From: Paraphysomonas bandaiensis
Taxonomy: Eukaryota; Protista; Chrysophyceae
Reading direction: 5' to 3'
Assembly: GCA_965644295.1 (NCBI GenBank)
Contig: CBFFRP010000215.1
Span: 62,001 to 126,000 of the forward strand
Length of the DNA stretch: 64,000 nucleotides
In this document: in pieces, positions 52,157 through 64,000 of the stretch
Numbering within the stretch: the stretch's first letter is position 1
How the letters are laid out: every line of letters starts with the position of its first letter
Program-made: the position numbers and the translations under genes
Notes under the pieces: generated by a model
Database searches by the model: none
What the model saw: only the letters and a program-made list of their open reading frames with translations
Told to the model about the DNA's origin: nothing

Positions 52157-52831
52157 GGGTCTCTATGAGTATATGCTCATGAAGCGATAGATGCCTTCTA
52201 GAGAACTCACTGACACTGTCTCTCTTCTATATATAGCTACATATGGAATTATTTTTACAATTGTAATTAATATTTTTACAAGATATAAAGTAGGAGATAT
52301 GGTGGATAATAGAAGGTAATTTTACAATTACATTTTTTTCATCAGGACATTTTACTTACATATGGAATATGTGGTTCGTATAGGATACATGGATAGATGC
52401 TTCTATTTTAGCGATTATTCAACTTTACTGATTTTGATCCTCTGAAAATCCCATATTTTGACATGTGAAAAATTTACATACCCATGCCTGTAGATATCCC
52501 ATTATACGTACGACAGCAACAGCAGTGGAGGGCTGTATAACACATACACTGTATACCATATCTATACATAGGGTTGTGCAAGTGATGTCGACCGCACACA
52601 GTCCCAACCCATACATACATATGTGCACACCTACATACATAACTAGAGTGTGATAACTGCAACTCGACCAAACGATACCCCTCAAATTTAGATATCAATC
52701 ACGTTCTATACATCTCCTCTATACTTACTATATTTCACCACTATACAGTGGCGATAACCTCTTAATTAAGGACTGGAGCAGGCGATCTCACTGGCTGATA
52801 TGTACGAGTAGAGCACTTGGAGAGATATACA

Positions 52832-53780
52832 ATGACCGAGACTGTATCTTCCCCCCGGAAAAACTCCATCGCCACCCACAGCTTTTTAGGTACTACTGTG
52901 TCACATTCCTTTATCGCTGTTATTCATTAGCTCCAATCAGATACTTTAGCGGAAATAGCATGCCGCAAGAGTCCTCTTCGCTCTGTTGATTCTACGTCTG
53001 ATGGCAACTCCACCGCTCAATCACATGAGCTCCCTGTCCGGGTAATTTTATGAATATTTGTTCGTTATGAATGCGCTAACTTTACTGCTATGTGTGAAGC
53101 GCCCACGAGCTAACTCTGAGCCATGGATAAGAAACAACTTTTCTGGTATCAATGCACTGACAATGAGCACATTACCAATAATCAAAAAGGATAGCCCAAC
53201 ATCCATCGCGTTACCACAAATGTTGGAAAAATATTCATCTATATACAATAAAAATGGGCGGATTGGGATATATACCAGAGAGGTATGCTCTCCCTGTCTC
53301 TCTGTGTACCTATAAATATGTGTAAACTGTGTACAGGAAAGGGATAATATCATTACACGATTTCACCAAAAGAGAAAGCGGCGCGTTTGGAAGAAAAAGA
53401 TTCGATATCACTGTCGCAAAAATCTTGCGGACAGTCGCGTTCGTGTAAAGGGGAGATTTGTCAAGAGTATGAAGCTGGAGGATATAGCTGAGGAGAGTGA
53501 GCCGCAGGATGAAGGAACAACTAATAGGATGAATGCTCTGCTGATGGCATCACTTCAATCAGAGAATGAAAAGGAGAAAGGATCTGTAGATGCTACTGAT
53601 ACGGATCAGAAGCCATCATCTGAGGGCAGTGCTGATACGGATACACTCACCGCCCAGGATAAGCACAGCGATGATGAGGGTGAGGATGAAGTGGACGACG
53701 ATGAATACGATGACAGTGTGATGCCTTCAATTCCTGCGCAGCCTCGTAAGCGCATGCGAAGACACAGCATTGCTTATTGA
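52832..53780 (+). CDS. CCT-domain protein (multi-exon)
   Basis: Spliced RIGIYTRE|ERDNIITRFHQKRKRRVWKKKIRYHCRKNLADSRVRVKGRFVK is a CCT motif; acidic tail. First exon boundary is tentative. Confidence 0.87.
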
Positions 53781-55499
53781 CCTCTAGTCTCCCAATTTGT
53801 ACATTATATTCTCGGCTATTTAGCTTGAACTGTTTGTATAATGACTGTATGTGTACATTGAGGTAGAATATGGTACCGTTCAGTTAGATCTAATATATCT
53901 GCTTTTGTTTAATATTCACGATGCTGCTGTGTGAATTTCTTGTAGATTTAGTAGTTTTGTTTTATTTTTAGGGCGTAAGTTCATATTGAATGAAGTCAAA
54001 AATTCATACGTAAAGTGTCCCTTATAAACATGAAACGTGAACATTGTAGTATACTCACCAAACACTTGTCTCGAAATATGCCAAATATTATTTCACGAAA
54101 AAGTATTCACTATGAGACTCTTCTGTATACCTCAATACATCTTGTTTCATTACACTAATGACGTAAATTCATTTTGGCTTCTTGCACTAGGTACTAGACT
54201 AAGACATCTACCATCAAAAACACAAACAGAATGCAATCTGTAAATTCCTGTGCTTTTGTAGTTGATAATTAGTAGTGGAGTGTATAAGCTCAAGTGTAGA
54301 ACAGATAAGATAAAGAATCATGGGATACCTTATCCGGAACCGAACCCTGCTGGTGTAGTAATTTCGTATTCGACACGGTGACTTATTTATATTGTTTGTC
54401 AAAAAGTGTGTAGTTCTCATATTTTCCATGAGATTTTGGGTACTTTCAAAAGTAGTGAAATGGCTTTATGAGAACTGAGCGGAATGACGTATCTATGAAT
54501 GTGGCAGCGCCATTCGGCCCTAGCGAAATTCTTTCATGATTTGCTCCGCACAATACGATACCGAACCGTATTACAATGACAAGAAGGAACGAATTTTTCC
54601 ATGTGTGTATATGTTATCTATAGTTAACAATATATTAGGAATGAAAGATATCTATAAGCAGTACAGCTTGATATTATCACAGTATAAAATTACAAAATTC
54701 ATAATGAAACGTCATGTCAGAATAAAATATATCTAAATTGAAAAGAGATACTGCCATTGCAAATATTTTATATTATACTAAAATATTCTTGATTGGAAGT
54801 TTACGATCGTTATCGTGCTATAACTTATGCGTTCTGACTCAAGGATGTTTTGTATAGTGAAGCAGGATTCAACGAGCATGAAGAATAAAAGTACTTCAGT
54901 ACACGAGTGTATGGAGCGGTATGATCCTGACTAGTGCATGTTATATTGATCATGCATCTAGTCGCGGTATTGAGCTTTGCTTTCAATGGTTACAACTTGA
55001 CCTGATGTGCTGTATATATACAGCCCCCTGCAACACATGACAAAGACTCAAACAACAGGAATGCTACACTGATAACTAGTAACAGAAGCAAAGTGAATTA
55101 TATCCTTTATACTGTCAATGTGATGTGCAGCTACTTCTAACACGCTGTCATGCTATGCACTTGATGGATATGCCAGTGGTTGGATATGCATGATATCCAG
55201 TCGACAGCAGCAGATATACATACATGTATACTGTATATACACTGCTGTATACTATGAAGTGAAAGTTAAGTTGAAAGAGTATTATGTTATCCAATGAGAG
55301 GATAGTATTCTGGAATGTTTGGATGATAATAATCAGTACGTGAATTAGACACACCACCTCAGATGCAGCTCTATCATCATGTACATACATACATCCATAT
55401 GAACATACAGACATACAGGCATATAGACTATGATTCACTGTATCATTATCTCACTAAACCCATTGATGTGTCTATAATCCAGATACTTCAACATAACTG

Positions 55500-56330
55500 T
55501 TTCAGGGAATGAATCCAGCAGACCGCATTAAGAAGATGGATATCTTCATCATGCAGATAGGGCTGGTAGGTGCTGTATACGTATATATATAGTCACATAG
55601 ACAACAGGCTCTTGCTGTTATACGTAAACACGGCTCTGTAGAAGATCGATCATACCATACCCCCTCAGAGAGTATAGACGTCACGAGACTCTGCAGTGAT
55701 ATCGCCCGACAGCCCACAGCCACTGCACTGTCATCAGCGCATACACTCATACGAGTCATATCTTATGCTGATCTCACACAAATATACGATTTGAGTTGTG
55801 TGAAGACATTTGTGTCCAGTATATGCGAAATGGACGACGTATCGTATGCAGCATTTACTCTAGAGTATTCCTCGTTCATTGTTGATCATTTATATTGCCA
55901 AAATGTATTCTTCTTCGACAGAATAATGCGCTCTCTCTATTTGCTTCCCTCTCACCCACTGAGCTCCGAGAAACTGCGCAATATGCCCATCGAGGTTTTG
56001 ATTGGAGCCATTGCATTGGTCTGCCAGAGTGGGCTCCCTGTTCAGCCTCGTGTGTACGAACAACTTGCAAAGGTGTGTGTCGTGCTGAAGTGTGCATGCG
56101 ATGCATATGTGCATGGAGATGGAGAGAAGACAGTTGAGAGTAGACGAGTGAGAGTCATGACACAACTAGGTATTGCAAATTACAAGTGTATGGTTGTTTT
56201 CCGTGGTAATATTCTTGTCATATGAGTCAGCTTCGGTGATTGATATCTCTACCTCACTTCCCCTTGTCAGAGCATGCTTGATGGACATAATCGCAGGAGT
56301 AGTTGAATAATACTTCTTACGCGAGTTTCT
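55500..56330 (+). CDS. Probable exons of an uncharacterised protein; boundaries unresolved
   Basis: Open frame of about 190 codons from about 55600 through ORF 55791-56170 with plausible composition and flanking splice-like sites. No motif recognised. Confidence 0.35.
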
Positions 56331-56613
56331 ACACTGTGTTCTGTTGGGTATATACGTCTTATACGTCTAATTTTTCGATTTATAGTGATATGCTTTGAAT
56401 TGTCGTCTAAATAAAGTTGTGAGGCACTAATAAATCGTTAAATGAGCTTCAGACCAGAGTAAATATCGACCCACTTTGAAGGCATAGTCCAGTGTATTTC
56501 TTGTGTGTATCGCCAAGTAAGCTCAAGCTAGATTTTCACAATACTTGCGTGAGCTCTACATATTCCGAGAAACCAGCAAACATGGGAGAAAGCAAACTAT
56601 ATTGTTAGTCGAG

Positions 56614-57520
56614 ATGGTTGAGGGAGGGCATAGGCAGGTAGCCATCTTGTACGTACTGACCTTACGTTTAATGTGTACTGGCGGATCTATACGGCTATAC
56701 TGTCGAAATAAGGCTAATATCTCTAATCTTTAACGTTTTGAATGTTCGAACATATATGCTTCTCTAAGATAAAACATAATACTATACATTAAATACAATG
56801 TAGGAAACTGTAATACTCTATAGCTCTAACTGTGAAAATAACGTATCATGATGTTTAAGATACGGAATTTATTCAGTGATCAGTGGTTGACGTGAAAGTA
56901 ATAGAATATTATGTTGTTGATATGTTTACATAACAACGCACAATTGCCTATGCAATAATAATCTATCTAGTCATAACTTTCCTTTAATGATCTATACCAA
57001 CAAAAAATGGTAGAGGAAAATTATTTGTAGCTAATATTGAAGAGCTACAATTACGTGAGCAACAAGTATCAGAAGCTCAGCGTTTGAGGTCTGTTAGTCT
57101 GTTATATATACACATTACTGTAGTGAATGTCTGATTATTTAGCAATAGGCGTTGAGACCTTGCATATTACTGTATATAGTATTCTAATATTATGTATATT
57201 TATTATATAATAGAGCTCAACGTCGAGCGGAATCAGATGACGAAGATAGTGATGATGTGGATATGGGAGAGAATATTGACGAATTAGTTGAATTCGAGAG
57301 AGCCACACGATTAGAAGCCAAAAAGGTAATACACTCATTAGTATGACATTCTATATTTTATATGAAAGTTTTATATGTACTGTATATTACACTGTTATAG
57401 ATATGCCTAATATTTTGTCATGTTTGGTACAGCAAGCAGAGGAGGAGCCAGTAGTTAGCCAATATCACAGCAGTGAAATATACGTTTACTCTATAACACT
57501 ATTCGACATTCCGCAGTAAA
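56614..57520 (+). pseudogene. Possible N-terminal fragment of a PDAP1-like (28-kDa heat/acid-stable phosphoprotein) gene
   Basis: Short exon-like pieces GKLFVANIEELQLREQQVSEAQRLR, AQRRAESDDEDSDDVD...EAKK and QAEEE separated by GT-AG introns. No clean start; conserved C-terminal part not seen. Confidence 0.3.
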
Positions 57521-57730
57521 TATTATTAGTCTACTTCTCTAAACAAATACATCGTTCCGTAGAAGACATCGATTGACATACTGAATATGATTATAATTGA
57601 ATTTTTAAACTTACAAATGAACGGGCAATTTGTTACATCGCACGACAAGCCTACAAATTCCCACTGAACACTATGATAACGTTAAAACACGAAGGAAAGA
57701 GCCTAATAAACGGGATCCATCTTCATTTTT

Positions 57731-59652
57731 CTATACGCAATGTTTTAAAGATTCTTGCGCGAAGTACTTAACATCTTTATCCTTGTCGTTCTCCAATTCC
57801 GACAGCACTGGCTTAATCTGCGCAATAACTGCAGCACTAGTTTCGCCGGTGATGCGTTTGCAGGCCTCCCCGAGAATGATCGCCACCGCCAAGCGCACAT
57901 TCGCCACCACATCAGATGCTGCACCGAGAAGGAGGCCTACTATCTGGCCCTGAAATCGTTCTGAGAGATCCGCAGCGAGTAGGCTGCGAAGAGCCGTGAG
58001 CATGGTAAGACGGAAAAGGTACTCCTCCTCGGCCATGCTATTGACAGTTGGGAATATTTTTTCGAATACCCAAGCAGCAGTCCCAGCCTCACACATTTGA
58101 GGAAGAGTCGTAGCAGTCGCTAGGCGCACTTCCGCTACACCATCCTTGAATGTGTCAAGGAAGGGAGCTCGAAAGTTATCATCAAAGAATTCGGTGCCCA
58201 TGTGTTTTATCACCGAAGGCATCGCTAGAGTGATCTGGCGTCTCACACGCCAGTTTTCGTCACTGTAGAGGTTCTTGATGCAAGGTGTTAGACGCTGAAA
58301 GAGAGTTGGTACCTCAGAAGCGAGGACTCCAACTTTAAGAAGAACTCTGAGTTTCACAGATGGATCCTCGTCCTCCAAGCATTTTACCACGATGTCACTC
58401 ATATGTTGTGCTACCGCTTCGGGGCCGACCTTGGCTGCAACATCCACACACATGTCCGCCAGAGCCTTTCTGACGGCTACGCAAACATAATATCAGCACA
58501 ATGTGCCGCACAGATGAATTACATACCTGGAGTTGCATCCTGCGACAACTGAACTGCAGTTGGGACAACTTCTGTAAGGAATGCATCGGCTCCGACAATT
58601 TCAATGAAAGCCAGTGCAGATTCACAGGCTAGAGAACGCACATCCGCTTCCGAATCCTGCAAGAGATGCACAAAGCTCGGGAATATTTCAGCTGTAACGT
58701 ATTCAGCTGGGAAACATGAGGCAAACACACCGTACTCATTAACGATGGCGAGTCGAACCTTCCACGAGTTATCATCAACAGCGGCTTTCACAAGTGGTCC
58801 AACCTCTCCTACTACAGGAGCCATTACATTACTCTCTGTTAGGGTCTTGCAGTAGCTAACGTAGCTCTGCACGGCAAGGATGCGTACAGTCTGATGCTCA
58901 TCAGGGCTGCTTAAACTCTTTAGGAGTTCCAAGAACTCGGCTGACTGCGCGCTGGGCTCAGCCAGCTTCACCACCTTAGGGAAGGCAAGTGCAGCAGCTC
59001 GGCGCACAATTGCCATATCATCACGGCAGAGACCAAAATATATGTCTTGCACAGCAGCCCGGTCCCCCGAATTTACAGCAACGCGATAGATCTCGTCAAT
59101 CATTTGACAGGCCGATACACGTGGGTAAAACACCTCCCCTGCCTCCTCACCACATAGACGCTTAAGCATACTTATAAACGCTTGGGCACTAGTACTATGT
59201 GCATTTGGATCTATCTGGGCCAGTATTCTACATGCAGAGGCAGAGGCGGCTGATCGCACAACCGTTTCTTCTATACAACACAGTGCCTCGATGATAGGGA
59301 CTACCAAATGAGCATATTCTGGGCCACCAATAAACGAAAGTATATCGCCAATCTTTCTGCCCAAGGCAAGGATCACTTGGTCCATATCCATTAACTTTGC
59401 TGTAGTACAAAAACATTATGTCTGAGAGAGGGTATATGAGCATACATACTCTGTAAATAAGGCAGCATGTCGCTTCGAACTTTCTCCGGAGTCATGAGGG
59501 CTGCCACTAGACATAAATTAGACATAGCTTCAGTGCGTATAACAATTTCGGCATGTGAGGTTTCTTGCTTGAAGAACTCGAATGTGGACTGGTCGCCTAT
59601 ATATCAATGAATAAGCCACACACTCGAGTCATATATCAGCCCACGTACCCAT
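57731..59652 (-). CDS. PPP2R1A: Protein phosphatase 2A 65-kDa scaffold subunit A (HEAT repeats), 4 exons
   Basis: FIGGPEYAHL, EETVVR, DDMAIVRRAAA, DNSWKVR, LLQDSEADVR, DENWRVR, ASDVVANVR and DKDKDVKYFA follow the PP2A-A repeat series. Confidence 0.9.
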
Positions 59653-60173
59653 ACTAAATAGATTATTATTGCTTTCCAAAGCGTAATATTATTGAATAGA
59701 AAGTTTCTCTGCAACCTTCACAGTCTGGAGTCCAAGTGAGAGCAATGAGACAGATAGACCGATCGCTGGAGAGGTGGTTAAGTTATACCTGCATATGTCA
59801 TCTCTACGGACTAGATCTGCATACACATATACACAACTCACACAAAAAAAAAACATATCGACTGAACCTGAAAAATAGTATCTCAAAGGGTCGGCAAACG
59901 GTTTCACACCGAACCATATATAGTACAGCTCATGATATGTAGTACTGCTGTATGTCTGTGTACTGCTCTACATACAGAAGTAGGTACGTATATACATATA
60001 CCTCTAGGTACGTATTCATCGTACCTTTTTTCTATCTCAAACTGAAAAGTGTCGCCTGAAGATATAGCGTTTACTTGGCTGGCAAAACGAAACATAGTAT
60101 CAGTAAGAGGAGGAGAGCAGGATAAGGCCAGCAAATTAATTACCTATTAAGGTTGCATTAAATTGGCTGTATT

Positions 60174-61049
60174 ATGGAGTTCCGTGAGACCGACCAGGTT
60201 TGAGTGTCATGTAGTCTTTTTTGTCATTGTGTTATTATTGTTTGCGTGTGTTAGACCGAGAAGGCCTACCAGAAGCAGGATGCCATTTTCATTGGCAGAA
60301 AGCGCGCTTTGGGCAAGAAGACCCGCAAGGTATTAATTTATGTACCGTTACATTAATTAATGTCTGATGCAACGTATTTAATATTTCAGGGTATGAGATA
60401 CTTCAAGTCCATTGGGCTTGGGTTCAAGACCCCTAAGTCTGCCATTGAGGGCACCTACGTTGACAAGAAATGCCCCTTCACTGGAAATGTGTCTATCCGT
60501 GGCCGTATCCTTAAGGGAATTGTTATTTCCAACAAAATGAAGAGAACCATTGTTATCCGCCGTGATTACCTTCAATACGTCAAGAAATACAGAAGGTGTG
60601 TATATGTGTGTGGCTACTTGTTGTGGAACAGAAGGGGTTCAAGCTCTTAGTATGTATTCCCCAGAGAGAACTATATAGCGCTTGTTTCATGATTGCACAT
60701 TTTTCATTGTGTTTCTTTTTGTTCTTTGTTTATTGCGATTGAAAATATTAGTCACCATTCCGCAAATTTTTCGTATTAGTTTGATCGTGTCTTACATATA
60801 ATGTGTATTTAGATTCGAGAAGAGGCACTCTAACATGTCCGTTCACTGCTCTCCTTGCTTCCAGAACGTCACTGAGGGAGATGTTGTGACTGTCGGTCAG
60901 TGCAGACCTCTTGCGAAGACAGTTAAGTTCAACGTCCTCGACCACCAGCCTACTGCCAACAAGGTTAGTGAAACACCTCAAACAGCTTTAACAATTAACT
61001 GTATATTTTGCAGTCTCAGAACGTTAAGAAAATCTTCCGTGTGTTTTAA
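60174..61049 (+). CDS. RPS11: 40S ribosomal protein S11 (uS17), 5 exons
   Basis: Q|[42 protein letters not shown]|FEKRHSN and [14 protein letters not shown]. Confidence 0.97.
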
Positions 61050-61344
61050 TTGTACACAATGCCAAATTCATCGGCGGTCAACTCAGCGACTAATAAATAG
61101 CCAATTTACTTCCTATATTATATCTTTTTTTATACCGTTGCAGCTTTGTGAACGGTAGTGTTTTAGTAATCCCCCCCCCACATCATGGCTATGCTTGGTT
61201 TAATGTACGAACAACATGTTATATAATTTTAACCGGAGCGTGTAAAGCGTATGCATATATAACCCTATATAGTACTGATTACTGATGCTAGAGCTAATAT
61301 TACGACTGTGAAATGAATACTATGTAACAATAACTATTACAAAC

Positions 61345-61995
61345 CAGGGCCTGGCAATCATTAATGGTAAGGCCATTATTCTATTAATGATTAAAGGCCA
61401 TTCGGCATTGGTAATTAAGTATAGAGAATTAAAATGCCAGTTTGCCCTCATCCGACAGAAGTGCTGGAACTGAGTTTGCACATCTGGACAACGCTGAGGT
61501 CACCACGAGAGGTCGACTTCGTACTTGGTACCTAGGAGTCCAACTACCGCTGCTTGCAAAGTTGATTAAGAAATCTAAGCGTAAAAACATGTATCCATAT
61601 CATCTGGAACCATTGTTATTCCTACTAGCCAGTTACATGTTGTTGTGGGATGCCCTCCATGAAGCCCTGTAAGTAGATCCTGATGTTCCAGTGGAGAGCG
61701 AGAAGCAAGTAGTTACCATTCCTAGTTTGTTATTACATTGGTTTAGTAATTAAGGGAGCACCACAATATCTACTTAGGTATTAATGGACCATTAATGGGA
61801 CATTTTTAATTATTTCAAACATTACGAATCAGGTATTTCAATTCTCCAGTATGTTTTATTTTTCTGGCTCTAAGTTTCTGCTGATAACAAGCAAAGTTGC
61901 CACAATTATCCTGAAAACTGAAAACCAGGGCTTGGTAACCAATAATGTCCCACTAATGGTATTCCAGTTCCCGGCAATTATAATGGCATTCAGCA
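61345..61995 (+). mobile_element. Two fragments of the CAGGGC(C/T)TGG hAT-like family
   Basis: CAGGGCCTGG at 61345 and CAGGGCTTGGTAACC at 61926 match the terminus at 37076. CCAGTTCCCGGCA (about 61963) is the reverse complement of TGCCGGGAACTGG (about 37145). ATTAATGG motifs recur. Confidence 0.55.
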
Positions 61996-62853
61996 CTTAT
62001 GTACTACGCCATATATATATAGTTCACAACACAACCAATATATAACGGCAAAAGGCAACACAAACTCTGATGTAATCTTTCAAATTTCACATTTTTATAT
62101 ACTTATACCAACATAATCTGAATTGTCTGTCGAAGTGCACGGCGAATACTCCACGCGACAATTATCAATAATCATAACTAGAAATAAATCTGGATACTCT
62201 TATATATTGTATATTCAAATCATATCATGAATAAGGGCCATTTCTTGTACAGAAAATCGTTTAGAAATTCCAAATGTTATAATGACATCTTCTGAAGACG
62301 CTACGCTACATTCCTTAAATTGACCATGCCATATAACATGGTCTTTGGAATGTATCCACTTGATATAACAACTATACCGTGAGTGCAGTATATGTTGAAC
62401 CTAGTATCGAACTTGATTTTAAAAGTTTCACGTTAAACGCAAGTGTGAGTTGCATAGAAGTACGAATGAATGCAAGCAATGTTACTGAAATATACCATCT
62501 CGTGCGAGAATCACCCAAGTAAAAACAATTGTACATTTATCTTCCTCTCTTCCGCCACTGATACATAGGTTTCCACTGATACAAAGACACGACAGCACTA
62601 ACTGCTCACATAAAGATAGAAGCGAACAAAAATAGGATCATTAGCACTGAAGAAACACCCCCACTATCCCTTACCAGTAATGCCTTCTGTAAAACATTAG
62701 AAGACAGAGGCTCATATATATCGGCCACATTATCATATGTTCGGTTTAATCATGTCTAACAACATCTAGCTGCTTCAGAACACTATGAACTATTGAGTGA
62801 TCTGCAAAATCCAGCCATATCCTCCGTCGAAATCTTTTTTGTACTCTTTTAGG

Positions 62854-63575
62854 GTATGTATGTACATGTACAGTATATGTTGTATGTATGTATGTACATG
62901 TATGTATGTATGTATGTATGTATGTATGTATGTATGTATGTATGTATGTATGTATGTATGTATGTATGTATGTATGTATGTATGTATGTATGTATGTATG
63001 TATGTATGTATGTATGTATGTATGTATGTATGTATGTATGTATGTATGTATGTATGTATGTATGTATGTATGTATGTATGTATGTATGTACATGTATGTA
63101 CATGTATGTATGTATGTATGTATGTATGTATGTATGTATGTATGTATGTATGTATGTATGTATGTATGTATGTATGTATGTATGTATGTATGTTTGTTTG
63201 TTTGTATGTATGTATGTATGTATGTATGTATGTATGTATGTATGTATGTATGTATGTATGTATGTATGTATGTATGTATGTATGTATGTATGTATGTATG
63301 TATGTATGTATGTATGTATGTATGTATGTATGTATGTATGTATGTACATGTATGTATGTATGTATGTATGTATGTATGTATGTATGTATGTATGTATGTA
63401 TGTATGTATGTATGTATATATGTATGCATGTATGTATGTATGTATGTATGTATGTATGTATGTATGTATGTATGTATGTATGTATGTATGTATGTATGTA
63501 TGTATGTATGTATGTATGTATGTATGTATGTATGTATGTATGTATGTATGTATGTATGTATGTATGTATGTATGT
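62854..63575. repeat. (TATG)n tetranucleotide array, about 720 bp
   Basis: Directly visible. Confidence 0.99.
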
Positions 63576-63656
63576 GTAGTTTCAGTTTCATGGCATGGAG
63601 GGAGTATTAAAGAAGTCGGGAGTCTTTCTACTATACTATCAATATAGGGGCTCAAC

Positions 63657-64000
63657 ATGGCTAGCGTAAGTACAGAGGTATGGCAGTTTGTGGTCGAATG
63701 GTACGACCCCATGCCACAACTCAAGAAAAAGTTTATATTAAAATATTTCGTTGAGAAGCATTTGGTTGAAATGATCGATATAAAAAACAAGAAGGTATTC
63801 CTTAAGAAGTCTCCATGTCCGCCTGAAATAACCCCAAATGATCTATTCATTGGCTCTAAAGTATTAATATTATCTAGAGAGTTAGATATTGTCGACTATG
63901 CGGACTCGTATACTAAATCTGTACTATGCAAACAATTACAGCCATCTGTTGCCATTCTCTCATCTTCCTGTGCTTCGTATTGGGGTCGATTTTGTGATAA
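63657..64000 (+). CDS. NME7: Nucleoside diphosphate kinase 7-like, N-terminal DM10 domain (runs off the window)
   Basis: MASVSTEVWQFVVEWYDPMPQLKKKFILKYFVEKHLVEMIDIKNKKVFLKK...DLFIGSKVLILSRELDIVDYADSYTK matches the NME7 DM10 pattern. Confidence 0.85.
   Translation, partial: MASVSTEVWQFVVEWYDPMPQLKKKFILKYFVEKHLVEMIDIKNKKVFLKKSPCPPEITPNDLFIGSKVLILSRELDIVDYADSYTKSVLCKQLQPSVAILSSSCASYWGRFCD

Noticed and set aside
62746-63850. Second set of MYVC/HTYI ORFs
   Set aside because: Same microsatellite artefact; the minus-strand ORF also overlaps NME7 in antisense.
1-64000. CRISPR arrays, tRNA/rRNA genes, operons or a non-standard genetic code
   Set aside because: No repeat-spacer arrays or cloverleafs seen. 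Apparent in-frame stops in the genes I spliced are removed by ordinary GT-AG introns.

Overview
This is a gene-dense eukaryotic window with many short GT-AG introns (mostly about 42-110 nt). The ORF track therefore shows exon fragments, often with false TTG/GTG starts. Gene content (NME7 DM10 domain, a CCT protein, oomycete-like hAT remnants) suggests a flagellated protist, probably a stramenopile; this is inference. Left part: a full-length, very young Ty1/copia LTR retrotransposon (418-5927, minus; identical 321-bp LTRs, CTCTT target-site duplication, non-canonical TG...TA ends), a tandem two-module Kv-type K+ channel, a CBS-domain protein, a tandem double tetraspanin, a cytochrome b5/desaturase-like protein, a histidine phosphatase, a secreted Ntn-hydrolase and a deleted hAT transposon with an 8-bp TSD. 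Middle part: TMCO1, TEN1, a small DUF4050-like gene absent from the ORF track, a 1-kb (TATG)n array, a coiled-coil gene, a large IQ-motif/C2H2 gene, MITE and hAT remnants, and a PSP1-domain gene. Right part: a CCaMK/CDPK-like kinase, a CCT-domain gene, the PP2A scaffold A subunit, RPS11, a second (TATG)n array and the 5' part of NME7. The most striking locus is a single spliced gene at about 41440-49031. It joins a bacterial-style pseudokinase-TPR-WD40 module to a NACHT-like STAND NTPase, a winged helix and plant-type LRRs, an NLR-like architecture I do not recognise as described. All family assignments come from motif recognition by eye; no searches were run.
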